Below are positions 8,616 to 18,870 of a DNA stretch of 64,000 nucleotides, one piece after another. Positions within the stretch are counted from its first letter, which is position 1. Each line of letters opens with the position of its first letter. Where the stretch lies: contig CAWDXG010000004.1 of assembly GCA_963806225.1 (NCBI GenBank), positions 5,408,001 to 5,472,000 of the forward strand. Direction: 5' to 3'. The stretch is from an uncultured delta proteobacterium (GTDB taxonomy: Bacteria > Myxococcota_A > Polyangia > Polyangiales > Polyangiaceae). The notes under the pieces are model-generated. The model was given only the letters and a program-made list of their open reading frames with translations. It was not told where the DNA came from and did no database searches. The position numbers and the translations under genes were made by a program.

Positions 8616-11600
8616 ATGGTCTGGCGGACCGAGCCCCGCGCTTCGCATACGGACCGCGGACAGCGCACGATCCGCATGCTGGTATGGATCGTGTTGCTTA
8701 TCGCGGTGTCGAGCTGTGCGGACTTCTCCAGCCAGCGCCGTGGCGAGTCGTACGACACGCTGGGCAACGCGATCTACCAGGCGCTCTGCGACCGCGTGGG
8801 CGCGCAGTCGCTCGGTGAGGATCTGTCGGGAGGGTCGTACCATCGCGTGTGCCACCCCGACGCGCAGGGCCACTATGCGGACAAGGTCGACCGCACCCAG
8901 CTGCCGGGCGCGCCGGCGGGGTTTGCCGCGCTGACGCGCGAGCTCGCCATCGGCAAGGTAGAGGCGCTTGCCCGCCGTCGCGCGGAGCTTGTCCAGGCGC
9001 TGGACGCCACCTTTGCCGATGTGCCGGTTGGGAAGAGCACGCTGCACGCGGCCCTGTCGGACTTCATGGCCGACAACAAGAAGCTCTACGACGAGGGCAC
9101 GGTCCCCGACGTGACCCGGGCGCTGGGACGCTTCAGTGGCCTCACCCACGATTCCTCCGCCGCGGCCCTGGCGTTGGCGCGCCTCGCGGCGCGCAAGGGC
9201 TACCGCCCCTACGGGACCGAGCTCGGTCCGCTGGGCGCCGTGTTGTCGTACCCGAAGCTCACGGAGCTGACGCGCGCGGGGCTGGCGCCCATAGCGCCGT
9301 ACTCCGACCCGGCCGACGAGAGCTCCGCGGCGGGTCCGGCGTACGACAGGCTGACGGCGCTGATGGACGCCGCCGCGGCGGAGATGCGCACGGCCGACGC
9401 GACGCCTCCCGACGGCGCCGTGCGCGAGATCGCGCCGGGTGTGATCAGCCGGCCGCGCTCGACGGCGGAGCTGCTCTACGCATTGAGCTCGCACAGCGAC
9501 CCTTCGCTGGAGAAGGCCGCCGCGCCCATCTGGCTCGTGCGCCGCGACGAGCGCGGCCTGGCTCTGCTCGCCGCTCCGATCCTCGACGAAAACCACGACG
9601 GCCTCGAGGACGTCGACGCGCTCGGTTTCCCCGTCGACAGCTCGGGGGCGCGCCGCCAGCTCCCGTCGCCATTCGTCGCGCTGTCGGTTGTCGACGGCCC
9701 GCGTGACGCCGAGGGCCGAGCGCTCGATGGCAGCGGCAAGCAGCTGTGGCAGACGTTCGACGGCTCGCAGACTCTGGGCGCGGCGCTGGTCCGCGACCTG
9801 TCTGCGCTGGCGGCGCCCCGGAAGGGCGAGCCGTCGGATCTGACGGCGATGCTGCTCGGCGCGATGCCGCTTCTCGGCAAACAGGGACCCGCCCACAAGG
9901 CGTACACCGCGGTCAACGGAAAGCCCGCCGTGACGCTCGACTACACCGGCTACCAGCCCGACACCTCGCCGCTGCTCGCGCTGGGCCACGCTGCCGCGAT
10001 GCTGCTGGGCGATCCGCGCTCGAGCGATCTGCTCGAGTTGAGCGCGAAGCTGATGCAGGACCACCCGCACGAGGTGGCGCGGGTGGTCGGCGCGATGCTG
10101 GAGATCAACGATCTTGCCAAGCAGTACCCCGACGCCAAACTGCCCGCCGATTCCATGTTCTGGGACGACGTGCTCGACGTGCTCGAGGATATCGCGCGCG
10201 TGCCGGGGCTGCTCGACGACGTGCTCCGGAGCGCCATGGATCCGGACACGCTGCTCGGGCAGAAGGCGTTCCCCGCGTTCATGACCTTCAGTGACAGGAT
10301 GACCTACAACCCGCCGGATCTGAACGGTGCGGGACTCAACCTGACGCTTGGTGGCACGAAGGATCCGGCAACTCCGGTCGACCGCACGAAGCCCATCACG
10401 GGCGACAACAGGAGCCTGTGGTTCCGCCAGATCGAGATGCTCGACGATATGCGCGGCGTCGCGATGTGCAACAAGGAAAACGCCATCGTCCACGGCAAGG
10501 ATCTGCCGGGGATCGGCGACCATGACTACCCCGACGGACAGATCGTGTTCGGTCCAATCCACGCCTGCCAGGTCTTCCGCGTGGACAACGTCGCGTCGCT
10601 ATTCCTCGATTCCATCGGTGGGCTGGCGCACATCCCGGTTCGCGATCCCGCGATCGCCGCTGGCACGACCGACCACGTGCAGGAAGTGTCGAGCGGCATC
10701 ACGGGGATGACGCTGCACCCCACGCCGCAGGCGCTTTCCAGGTTCACCAGCTTCGATTTCCTGGACGACACGGATCCCTCGAACGCGCTCACGCGCAACT
10801 ACATGAAGGATCTGATCGATCCGCCGCCGACCTCGGGCTGCTCGGTGACCCCCGTGACCGACCCCTACGACGGCTCGCAGGTGCCGCTGCGCACGTGCAA
10901 GGACCCCTCGCAGCGTTTCTGGAACCGCTACGGCCAGGACACGGCCCTGTCGCTGGAGCGCTTCGGCTTCCTCGAGGCGTCGCGGCCGCTGGCCCACGCG
11001 TTTGCCGTGCACGGCCGTTCGGATTTGCTGGCGAGGCTGTTCGACGTGCTGTTCCAGCACTGGGGTGATGGGAGCCAGAGCGCGGCCGAATGCGATCCGG
11101 CGGCCAAGCCCGGCGAGCATCGCTACTGTACCGGCGACGGGCTGGTGCGCTACGAGCCGCTGATCGCCAAGGCGCTGGCCGGCGATCTGCTGCCGGCACT
11201 GCACGATCTCACGCTCGCAACGGCCGGCGTCACGGTCGACTCGCACGTCGACGGTGCGCCGGTCGACGGCATCCGCGTATTGGCCGAAGCACTGCGCGGC
11301 GCGATCGATCCCGATCTCGCCAAGGCGCGTGGCGTCACCGACCTCGCCGGCAATGCGACGGCGAAGCGCAACGACGGGACGGTGGAGGCGCAGGTGACGC
11401 CGCTCCGGCTCTTGATCGATGCCATCAAGAGCATCGACACGCGCTTCGACGACTACCAGAAGGCGCACCCGGGCGAGCCCGACCGCCACGCACTGTGGAA
11501 GCGGGCGCGCTCCGCGCTGGTGGATCGCTTCCTCGCGGTCGACGCCAGCGGCGCTTCGTCGTCTTTCAAGAACCCGGCCACACCCATCACAGGCGCGGTC

Positions 11601-12260
11601 TTTTCAAGCCTCGTCCGCGAGCAGATCGACGCGCACTGTCCCGGTCGCCTGCAGACGCCACCCGTGAGCGCGTGCAAGTGGACCGACCAGGAGCTGACCG
11701 AGAACCTGCGCGACGCGCTGGGCGGGCCGCTTTCGGCCGGAGCAGCGGGCGTGGGCGACGCGATCCTGTCCGACGATGCCGCCCGCGCGCAGATCGAGGC
11801 GTTCGTCGCCTACCTCGTCGATCCCCAAGGCGCCGGTTTCCGTCCGCTGGTGGCGTCCGTGGTGGACGGGCCCGCCGGCGTCAACGACGGATCGGCACTG
11901 GCGCCGCTGCTCCAGGCGGCGGCGCCTCTGCTCGAACGCTCGCCGGATCAGAGCACGGCGTATGCCGCGATTCTCAGGTTGCTCGCGCGCGTGGCGGGCG
12001 ATGACGTTGATCCGGATCGTGTGATGCAGGTGGTGCTCAGGCAACTGGTCACGCCGATGGGGAAGGGCAAGCCCGCGCCGCTCGACGTGTTTGTCGATGT
12101 GCTGGGCGACGTGGAGCGCTACGACTCGCGGCTCGAGCCGGGCGCACCGCTCGACCGCCACGACGTGACCGTGGCGTCGGACAGCGTGAAGCGGCTGATG
12201 CTCGATCCCGCCCGCGGTCTGGAACAGTTCTACGAGGTGATCCGTGACTCGGACCGCTAG
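8616..12260 (+). CDS. Large (~1200 aa) hypothetical lipoprotein
   Basis: Long ORF with high GC3; lipobox-like IAVSS-C; Dx[DN]xDG-like DENHDGLEDVD; paired Cys. Start uncertain (8616 or 8676). Confidence 0.7.
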   Translation: MVWRTEPRASHTDRGQRTIRMLVWIVLLIAVSSCADFSSQRRGESYDTLGNAIYQALCDRVGAQSLGEDLSGGSYHRVCHPDAQGHYADKVDRTQLPGAPAGFAALTRELAIGKVEALARRRAELVQALDATFADVPVGKSTLHAALSDFMADNKKLYDEGTVPDVTRALGRFSGLTHDSSAAALALARLAARKGYRPYGTELGPLGAVLSYPKLTELTRAGLAPIAPYSDPADESSAAGPAYDRLTALMDAAAAEMRTADATPPDGAVREIAPGVISRPRSTAELLYALSSHSDPSLEKAAAPIWLVRRDERGLALLAAPILDENHDGLEDVDALGFPVDSSGARRQLPSPFVALSVVDGPRDAEGRALDGSGKQLWQTFDGSQTLGAALVRDLSALAAPRKGEPSDLTAMLLGAMPLLGKQGPAHKAYTAVNGKPAVTLDYTGYQPDTSPLLALGHAAAMLLGDPRSSDLLELSAKLMQDHPHEVARVVGAMLEINDLAKQYPDAKLPADSMFWDDVLDVLEDIARVPGLLDDVLRSAMDPDTLLGQKAFPAFMTFSDRMTYNPPDLNGAGLNLTLGGTKDPATPVDRTKPITGDNRSLWFRQIEMLDDMRGVAMCNKENAIVHGKDLPGIGDHDYPDGQIVFGPIHACQVFRVDNVASLFLDSIGGLAHIPVRDPAIAAGTTDHVQEVSSGITGMTLHPTPQALSRFTSFDFLDDTDPSNALTRNYMKDLIDPPPTSGCSVTPVTDPYDGSQVPLRTCKDPSQRFWNRYGQDTALSLERFGFLEASRPLAHAFAVHGRSDLLARLFDVLFQHWGDGSQSAAECDPAAKPGEHRYCTGDGLVRYEPLIAKALAGDLLPALHDLTLATAGVTVDSHVDGAPVDGIRVLAEALRGAIDPDLAKARGVTDLAGNATAKRNDGTVEAQVTPLRLLIDAIKSIDTRFDDYQKAHPGEPDRHALWKRARSALVDRFLAVDASGASSSFKNPATPITGAVFSSLVREQIDAHCPGRLQTPPVSACKWTDQELTENLRDALGGPLSAGAAGVGDAILSDDAARAQIEAFVAYLVDPQGAGFRPLVASVVDGPAGVNDGSALAPLLQAAAPLLERSPDQSTAYAAILRLLARVAGDDVDPDRVMQVVLRQLVTPMGKGKPAPLDVFVDVLGDVERYDSRLEPGAPLDRHDVTVASDSVKRLMLDPARGLEQFYEVIRDSDR

Positions 12261-13383
12261 CGCAATGGCCCTGATGGCGCTGGGAGCGCTGGTGCTGGGC
12301 TGCTCGAGCACGGACAAGCCCGGCTTCAGCGCGCGGGGCTATGCGGATGCCGCGGCCGGCGCCCTGCCGCCGGAAGCCGGTGCCCCCGACGGCGGAGGCG
12401 ATGCGACTGCGTCCGACGCCAGCGACGCCGGAGCGGATGCGCAGTCCGAAGGCGGGGTGCCGGCCTGCACGATCAACATTCCCAAGGACCAGAAGACCCT
12501 CACCGACGCGATCGCGGTCGCAGCGGACGGCGACGTCATCTGCGTGGCCGACGGCACGTACGACGATACTGTCACGGTCAGCAGCAAGAACCGCTCGCTC
12601 ACCCTACGTGCGAGCGGCAAGAACGCCATCTGGAACGGTGAGCTCCTTGTCGACGGCGCGCCCGGGACAGGGCACACGCTGGTCGTCGAGGGCTTCCAGT
12701 TCGGATGCGCGCCTTCGAACGTCTCGCTCAGCGGGTCCACGGGGCGCGTGGTCGTGCGGAACAACCATTTCGACAACGGCTGCGGCTACGCGCTGGATCT
12801 CGAGAACAGCGGCGCGGGTTCCGTGACCGTCGTCTTCGAGCGGAACGAACTCACGGACACGAGCCTGTCGGCGAGCCTGGCAGCTCCAGCCGCGGGCGCG
12901 GGCGCTCTGGTGGTGCTGAAGAACAACCTCGTGACGGGCGGTGCGGGATTCGGTCTGCTCGGCGACGGCGCCTGGGCGCGCTACGTGGTGCTCGGCAATA
13001 CGTTCGATGTCGACCCGGGCTACACGCTTGTGCAACTCGACCTGGGCGTGGACGAGGGCGCGGGCTCCAGCGTACGGAACAACATCCTGGCCGGGGGCGA
13101 CACGGCGATCAGCTGCCTATCCTGCAAGAAGCTCGCCGTATCCAGGAACATGCTGTTCTCGGGCGACGCGACCTACGGCGACATCCAGCTCGGCGAGGGG
13201 AACCTCGAGGCGGACCCGCTGTTCCGGGCCGCTGACGATTTCCGGCTCCAGCTCTGGTCGCCCGCACTGTACGCCGGGCGCCGGACGGCCGGTGCGCCCG
13301 CCGACGAGGATCTGGCGAGCGACATCGAGGGCCGGCCGCGTCCCGCGGTCGATATCGACATGGGCGCGTACCAGCACGAATGA
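12244..13383 (+). CDS. Lipoprotein with right-handed beta-helix (pectin-lyase-like) domain
   Basis: LVLG-C lipobox; DAG-rich linker; TLTDAIAVAADGDVICVADGTY; repeated RNN/NN stacks; C-terminal DIEGRPRP..DMGAYQ. Confidence 0.7.
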   Translation: MTRTASAMALMALGALVLGCSSTDKPGFSARGYADAAAGALPPEAGAPDGGGDATASDASDAGADAQSEGGVPACTINIPKDQKTLTDAIAVAADGDVICVADGTYDDTVTVSSKNRSLTLRASGKNAIWNGELLVDGAPGTGHTLVVEGFQFGCAPSNVSLSGSTGRVVVRNNHFDNGCGYALDLENSGAGSVTVVFERNELTDTSLSASLAAPAAGAGALVVLKNNLVTGGAGFGLLGDGAWARYVVLGNTFDVDPGYTLVQLDLGVDEGAGSSVRNNILAGGDTAISCLSCKKLAVSRNMLFSGDATYGDIQLGEGNLEADPLFRAADDFRLQLWSPALYAGRRTAGAPADEDLASDIEGRPRPAVDIDMGAYQHE

Positions 13384-13538
13384 CCGCGCGCTGCGTCACG
13401 CGGCGGCGTTGACGCTTGGGTACGCCTCTGTTTTCATATGCGCTACGCGACAGCACCCGGGCGATGGCCGCTCCGGGGCGGCTGCGAGAGTTCCGTTGCG
13501 GTTCGGTGCCGCACGGTGGGTAGCGAGAGGAACCGGCA

Positions 13539-14705
13539 ATGACTCGTCGACTTGGCTTGCGTCTGGGACAGATGGCTTTCGTGGGTTCTGCGTGTCTGGC
13601 GTTGCTCGTCGCCTGCGGCAGCAGCAATAGTGGCGGCGGCGCCACCAGCACCGGGGGAAGCGGAGGCACGGATGCCGGCGGCGGCTCGGGCGGCAGCGGC
13701 ACCGGCGGCACGGCGACCGGCGGCACGGGCGGTACGGCGACCGGCGGCACGGGCGGTACGGCGACCGGCGGCACGGGCGGTACGGCGACCGGCGGCACGG
13801 GCGGTACGGCGACCGGCGGCACGGGCGGTACGGCGACCGGCGGCACGGGCGGTACGGCGACCGGCGGCACGGGCGGTACGGCGACCGGCGGCACGGGCGG
13901 CACCGGCGGTTCCGGCGCTTGCGACCTCTCCGGAACCTGGGGCACCTACATCACGTCACCCGTGACCTGGAAGGGCACGTACGCGCTAGCCGCCGGCAAC
14001 GGCAATCTGCGCGAGTGGCTGCTCAGCACGCGTACGCAGAACGGCAACAAGACGGTGGACAAGGCGGTCCCGTGTGCCATCCAGCTCCCGGATTTCCAGG
14101 GCTCGAAGGTGCTCGCCGGCGGCGAGAAGTACGGGCTGCGCTTCCCGACCGCAAGCTTCGACAAGGGCAAGGTCCCGGCGACGACACTGAACGGCACGCT
14201 GAGCGGCACGACGGTGGGTTCCACGTTCAGCACGCCCAACACGGCGCTCCTGCTCGGGCTCAGCATGAACAATGCCGCGACGGCGACCTGGCCGGCGGCC
14301 GGCAGCATCACGCCCCGAGACGACGACGCTGACAGCAATCCCGCGTTCACGGCCAACGCGGCGGCTGCAGCGGGCTACTCGAACTTCCCGTTGAATCTTT
14401 TCAAGAGTGCCCGGGCCGATCGGCTGTACATCGCCACCCGCACGGTCGCCGCGTTGAGCGGCAAGCTGACGAACTGCACACAGATCGACGGCAGCGTGAA
14501 GTTTGCCGTGATCGGCGGCACGCCCGCGATCAACTCGCACATCGTCGGCTGCCGCAAGGTCGGAGGCGGTAGCTGCAACGGAACCGAATCGAAGTTCGTG
14601 GACGGCAACTCGCCTGCCATGACGCCCGGCACCGGCGCGGTCATGAAATCGGTCAAGCTCGCAGCCAATGCGACCTGCGCCGACGTGCGCAAGGCGCTTC
14701 CGTAG
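13539..14705 (+). CDS. Hypothetical lipoprotein with Gly/Thr repeat linker
   Basis: LLVA-C lipobox; (GGTATGGT)8 linker; Cys-paired C-terminal domain; AGAGG RBS upstream. Confidence 0.8.
   Translation: MTRRLGLRLGQMAFVGSACLALLVACGSSNSGGGATSTGGSGGTDAGGGSGGSGTGGTATGGTGGTATGGTGGTATGGTGGTATGGTGGTATGGTGGTATGGTGGTATGGTGGTATGGTGGTGGSGACDLSGTWGTYITSPVTWKGTYALAAGNGNLREWLLSTRTQNGNKTVDKAVPCAIQLPDFQGSKVLAGGEKYGLRFPTASFDKGKVPATTLNGTLSGTTVGSTFSTPNTALLLGLSMNNAATATWPAAGSITPRDDDADSNPAFTANAAAAAGYSNFPLNLFKSARADRLYIATRTVAALSGKLTNCTQIDGSVKFAVIGGTPAINSHIVGCRKVGGGSCNGTESKFVDGNSPAMTPGTGAVMKSVKLAANATCADVRKALP
13704..13895 (+). repeat. Coding tandem repeat, 8 x 24 bp (GGCGGTACGGCGACCGGCGGCACG)
   Basis: Read directly: seven identical units plus a first unit with GGC in place of GGT; encodes GGTATGGT. 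Confidence 0.95.
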
Positions 14706-14707
14706 CA

Positions 14708-15292
14708 CTAGCTCTGGAGCGCTCGGGCGAGGTCATCGACCATGCGCAGCGTCAGACCCCAGAGGCGTCCTTCGCCGAGCGGATGGCACTCGAAGCGCAG
14801 GCGGACGCCGAGATAGCGCCGCGTGAAGTGTTCGCGCGCCCCGGGATCCAGCAGCGGCCCGAGCGGGACCCAGCGCGCGGCTGCTATTTCGCTGTTCGGC
14901 TCGAGCCTTGCTGGTCGCTTGAGCGCGAACACGAACGGGCTGACGGCCATGGGCAGCAGCACGCGGGGGCTCACGGCCCACAGGTCCGGCAGGCGTCCGA
15001 GCTGCGACGCGTCGGCCTGCAGATCGAGTCCGAGCTCCTCGCGCGTCTCGCGGATGGCCGTGACAGTACGATCACGGTCGCTCGGTTGTGCCAGCCCGCC
15101 CGGAAAGGCGAGATCGCCCGACCACGGGTCGCTGCGGCGGCGGGCGCGTTCCACCAGCAGCAGATCGAGCCCCGACGCGCCTTCCCGGAGCACCGCCGCC
15201 ACGGCTGCACCGGGAAGCCACGTCGGCAACAGGCGCGGATGATGCGCGGCAAGCGCCGCACCCACTGTGGACAGCGTTTGTGCCGCGGGCAT
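14708..15292 (-). CDS. Nudix hydrolase, CoA pyrophosphatase (NudL-like)
   Basis: WSGDLAFPGG...TAIRETREELG Nudix box; PNSEI and LWGLT. Confidence 0.85.
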   Translation of the reverse strand: MPAAQTLSTVGAALAAHHPRLLPTWLPGAAVAAVLREGASGLDLLLVERARRRSDPWSGDLAFPGGLAQPSDRDRTVTAIRETREELGLDLQADASQLGRLPDLWAVSPRVLLPMAVSPFVFALKRPARLEPNSEIAAARWVPLGPLLDPGAREHFTRRYLGVRLRFECHPLGEGRLWGLTLRMVDDLARALQS

Positions 15293-15379
15293 CTTCCCCG
15301 GAACAGAAGCGTAGCATCAGCTTACCTACGACGCACCGCGTGAAGGTGGCGGCATGCCGTTTGCAACTCGATCCGACGT

Positions 15380-16465
15380 ATGGCTTTCCAGCCAACAGTG
15401 CGTCTGCTGCGCCGCCTGTTCACGATTGGCCTGTTCGTCTTCGTGCTGGCCGGCTTCCGCGGCGATCACCATCCCGGAGCGCAGGCAGCAGAGCGGGCCG
15501 TGCCCGGCGTCACGATGTCGCCCGACTCGCCGTGGAGCTCGCCTTCCGCGTGCGAGCGCGCGCTGGCGCTCCGTCACGACGCGTGGCGTCCCCGGGCGCG
15601 TATCGGCACGTGGAACGTGCGCTTCTATCCGGACGGTGCGCCATTCCTGAAGCGCGATCCGGAGCAGGCCACCGATATCCGCTGGCTGGCCTGCTCCATC
15701 GCCTGGATGGACGTGGACGTGCTGGCCGTGCAGGAATTCAAGAAGAACCAGCGCGCCGAGCGCGAGACGCGCAAGCTCCTGTCGCGTCTCGATCGGCTCA
15801 CCGGAGGAGCGTGGCGGCTATCGCTCGACGACTGTCCCAACGATGCCCTCAATCACGTCGGCTTCTTGTACGACGCGACACGCGTCGAGGCGCACGACTT
15901 CCGGCGCGTCGGTCGCTTCAACCCGAAGGGGGGCCCCTGCGACGCCGCCGAGGATCCGGGTTGGATGGGCGACTTCGACTTCGATAGCGGTCTCGAGCTA
16001 TCGCTGGTCGCCGTGCATATGGTTTCCGGCGATCGGCGCGAAGCCTACGACCTCCGGCGCAGGTCGTGGCCTGCCTTCAAGGACAGTCTCGCGCTGGCGC
16101 AGAACAGGCCGGTGCTGGTGGCCGGCGATCTGAACACCGCCGGGTGCCGCGACTGCAGTCCGGCGGTGAGCGCACGCTCCGAGATCCAGAGCCTGTCGGA
16201 CTGGCTGGCGGACAGGTCCTTCCAGCTGGTGCCGGCCGACGCGCGCTGCAGCGAGTACTGGGGTGACAGGCCCGTGCTGCTCGATCACTTCGCGATCGCG
16301 CAGCGCGGCGACCGCGTGCCCACTGCCGCGCGCGCCCGCGTGGCGGGCTTCTGCGGGGAGGTCGGGTGCGCCCGCTTCCCGCAGGGTGAGCTACCTACTG
16401 CCTTCCAGCACCTGAGCGATCACTGCCCGGTGCTGCTCGATATCGGCGGCACGCCCGCGATGTAG
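15380..16465 (+). CDS. Exported endonuclease/exonuclease/phosphatase (EEP) family protein
   Basis: GTWNV, AVQE, VAGDLN, LLDH and SDHCPV motifs; N-terminal signal/TM. Confidence 0.85.
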   Translation: MAFQPTVRLLRRLFTIGLFVFVLAGFRGDHHPGAQAAERAVPGVTMSPDSPWSSPSACERALALRHDAWRPRARIGTWNVRFYPDGAPFLKRDPEQATDIRWLACSIAWMDVDVLAVQEFKKNQRAERETRKLLSRLDRLTGGAWRLSLDDCPNDALNHVGFLYDATRVEAHDFRRVGRFNPKGGPCDAAEDPGWMGDFDFDSGLELSLVAVHMVSGDRREAYDLRRRSWPAFKDSLALAQNRPVLVAGDLNTAGCRDCSPAVSARSEIQSLSDWLADRSFQLVPADARCSEYWGDRPVLLDHFAIAQRGDRVPTAARARVAGFCGEVGCARFPQGELPTAFQHLSDHCPVLLDIGGTPAM

Positions 16466-16469
16466 CCGC

Positions 16470-17756
16470 TCAGGCGTGTGCCGAGTGGTGACGCCGCTGG
16501 CGCGCCTTCATCTCGGGGCTCTCGGCGACCGCCATGCCGATGAGGCGCGTGCTCTCCAGCAGGTGCTGTGCCGTGGTGCGCGTGAGCTCGGGCACGACGT
16601 TGCCCACGTCCGGGAAGCCCCTGCCCTCGGCGTCGGGCTGGGCGTGCTCCCAATTGGCGAAGAGCCGGCCCCAGTCGCTCTCCATGCACTCCCTGACGCG
16701 CGGGAAGCCGTAGCGCGGGTACCAGAACATGTCGTGGTAGGCGACGCTGGCGACGTACGCCCAGGGCGCGAGCCACGTCTTGAGCGACCACTCCACCGGC
16801 TTCTTCAGCGGCCCCCAGTAGATGCGGTGCTGGTTCCGCGACGCGAAAGTCATCTCCTTGAACGGCCCGTCGAAGTGCCAATTCTCCTTCGCCGCGTCCT
16901 CGTCGCCGACGATCTCGATCTCGCGCGGGTCGCCCACGCCCAGGCCCTGCTCGTGCGCCAGTCGCACGAATTTGCAGTCCTTCATCGGATCCATGCCCAT
17001 CAGCTTGGCCGCGACCGCGTCGATGGCGACCTGGTCATCCGACGCCAGGAGCACGTTCTTGATGTGCGGCACCATGCAGCGCGGTCCGGGGCCGTCGCCG
17101 GCGAACGTGCCGTCCATCACGGCGAACACGCCGCGGTGGATCTTCTTCTGGATCATCAGAAGGTCGACCAGCGTCTCGTGGATGACGGGGTGCGTCCAGT
17201 GACGATGCTCGTTCAGGAGTCCGCCGAAGGCGTTCTTCATCGCGCCGGTGGTCGTCGTGAAGATGTGCGTCTTCACCGTCGGCAGATGGATGATGTTCTC
17301 GCCGATGAAGCGCTTCGGGATGGAGAAGCCCTTCGGGTAGACCTCGTTCAGGCACAGGAATTTCTTGGTGAGGTCGCCGACGGCATCGCGGATGTCGATC
17401 CACTCCTCGCCCTCGTACAGATGCACGTTGCGGATGCCGTGCGCCTGCACCACGTCGAGCTGCTTGTTCTCGCGCTCGCCCAGGTGCGCGTCGATGACCA
17501 CGGTGCGGTTGTGGCAGGCGTGGATCAGGTCCTTTTCGTACCCGTCCTTCTCCATGGCGCGCAGCACGCCGTCGAGCTGCCAGGGCGTCGTGCTCGAGCC
17601 CGGGTAGAAGAAGTGCCAGGAGATGTTGACCTTGAGGCCGGTGTCGGCGTCCTTGGCCACCACGTCCTGGTAGCCCGCCAGGTTCATCACGCGGTGGTAG
17701 TCCTCGAGCACGGTGGCGGGCGAGGTGCGGACGATGGCGACTTTCGAGCGGGTCAT
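16470..17756 (-). CDS. DUF362 domain protein (putative Fe-S associated)
   Basis: LKVNISWH...TTPWQL, IIHLPTVKTH...TTGAMKNAFG, GDGP, ASDDQVAIDAVAAKLMG; start ATG 17756. Confidence 0.8.
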   Translation of the reverse strand: MTRSKVAIVRTSPATVLEDYHRVMNLAGYQDVVAKDADTGLKVNISWHFFYPGSSTTPWQLDGVLRAMEKDGYEKDLIHACHNRTVVIDAHLGERENKQLDVVQAHGIRNVHLYEGEEWIDIRDAVGDLTKKFLCLNEVYPKGFSIPKRFIGENIIHLPTVKTHIFTTTTGAMKNAFGGLLNEHRHWTHPVIHETLVDLLMIQKKIHRGVFAVMDGTFAGDGPGPRCMVPHIKNVLLASDDQVAIDAVAAKLMGMDPMKDCKFVRLAHEQGLGVGDPREIEIVGDEDAAKENWHFDGPFKEMTFASRNQHRIYWGPLKKPVEWSLKTWLAPWAYVASVAYHDMFWYPRYGFPRVRECMESDWGRLFANWEHAQPDAEGRGFPDVGNVVPELTRTTAQHLLESTRLIGMAVAESPEMKARQRRHHSAHA

Positions 17757-17966
17757 TTCGGGGCTCCTTGAGTACGGAAGCGAACGAAGCAGGGCCGCCA
17801 CGCCTTTGTCATCGTGAGGCCCCGCTCGCAAGTCTGTCGCGATTTCTCCGCGGGATCAGCTATTTCGACCTTCTGCGCACAACCTCCATCGGCTCTGCAC
17901 ACGCCCTGCGCGGACCACGGCGCCGGGCCGGCGGCCGGGACAATTCGCGCTAGCCTCCCGGCTCGC

Positions 17967-18722
17967 ATGAAACCCACGCTTCGTGAATGGCTCACCGAAC
18001 GGCCTTTCTCCCTGGGCATGTCCGCGGGGTTCTTCGGTTTCTTCGCGCACACCGGGGTGATGACGGTGCTGGAGGACGCGGGCCTGCTTCCGGACCGCGT
18101 CAGCGGCGCCAGCGCCGGAGCCCTGGTGGGCGGCCTGTGGGCGGCCGGCCTGGACGCGGTCACGCTGCGCGACGAGCTGGTCCAGCTGCGCCGGGAGGAC
18201 TTCTGGGATCCGCAGCCAGGCTTCGGCCTGCTTCGGGGACGCTTGTTCCGGGAGCGGCTGGAGCGGTTGCTGCCCGTGAGTCAGTTCCATCAGGCGAGGA
18301 CGCCGGTTGCGGTCAGCGTGTTCGACGTGTTGTCGCGCCGCACGCGCGCCATCGACGCCGGAGCGCTGGCGCCCGCGATCCAGGCGTCGTGCACGCTGCC
18401 CGGGCTGTTCCACCCGACGTGGCACGAAGGCCGCCCGCTACTTGACGGCGGGATCCTCGATCGCGCCGGCCTGACGGGGATGCCCGCCGGAGAGCGCGTG
18501 CTGCACCATCACCTCGGGTCGCGCTCGCCCTGGCGCCGGAAGAACAGCGCCGCCCTGGATGCTCCGTCGCGGCCCGGACTCACCGCGCTCGTGATCGATG
18601 GGCTTCCGCGCGTCGGCCCGTTTCGCCTCGAGCAGGGCATCAAGGCCTTCGACGCCGCGCGGCGCGCGGCACAGGTAGCGCTAGGACGACCGGCGGACGG
18701 CGTCGTCGCGCTGACCGCCTAG
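17967..18722 (+). CDS. Patatin-like phospholipase
   Basis: AGFFGFFAH oxyanion region, GASAG nucleophile, LDGG. Confidence 0.85.
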   Translation: MKPTLREWLTERPFSLGMSAGFFGFFAHTGVMTVLEDAGLLPDRVSGASAGALVGGLWAAGLDAVTLRDELVQLRREDFWDPQPGFGLLRGRLFRERLERLLPVSQFHQARTPVAVSVFDVLSRRTRAIDAGALAPAIQASCTLPGLFHPTWHEGRPLLDGGILDRAGLTGMPAGERVLHHHLGSRSPWRRKNSAALDAPSRPGLTALVIDGLPRVGPFRLEQGIKAFDAARRAAQVALGRPADGVVALTA

Positions 18723-18870
18723 TCCTGCCCGCTCGTGTTGCCTGGGCAAGAAGCAGCGACGGAAGCGGCGCTCGTTCGGCGCTGCGTTCAAGGCAGAGGC
18801 AGTGCCGCGGGCTTTGGACCGGGGGTACGCCCGGAATGCCAATGCAGCCAGGCGGCGTTCCCGGATCGGC

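Noticed and set aside
8421..10562. Long antisense or alternate-frame ORFs (8421..10562, 18640..20958, 27930..29999, 49296..51353, 52897..54015 and similar)
   Set aside because: They are stop-poor shadows expected at high GC, have no motifs, and overlap better-supported genes.
13704..13895. Repeat array considered as CRISPR
   Set aside because: The units are contiguous with no spacers, in-frame within a CDS, and there are no cas genes.
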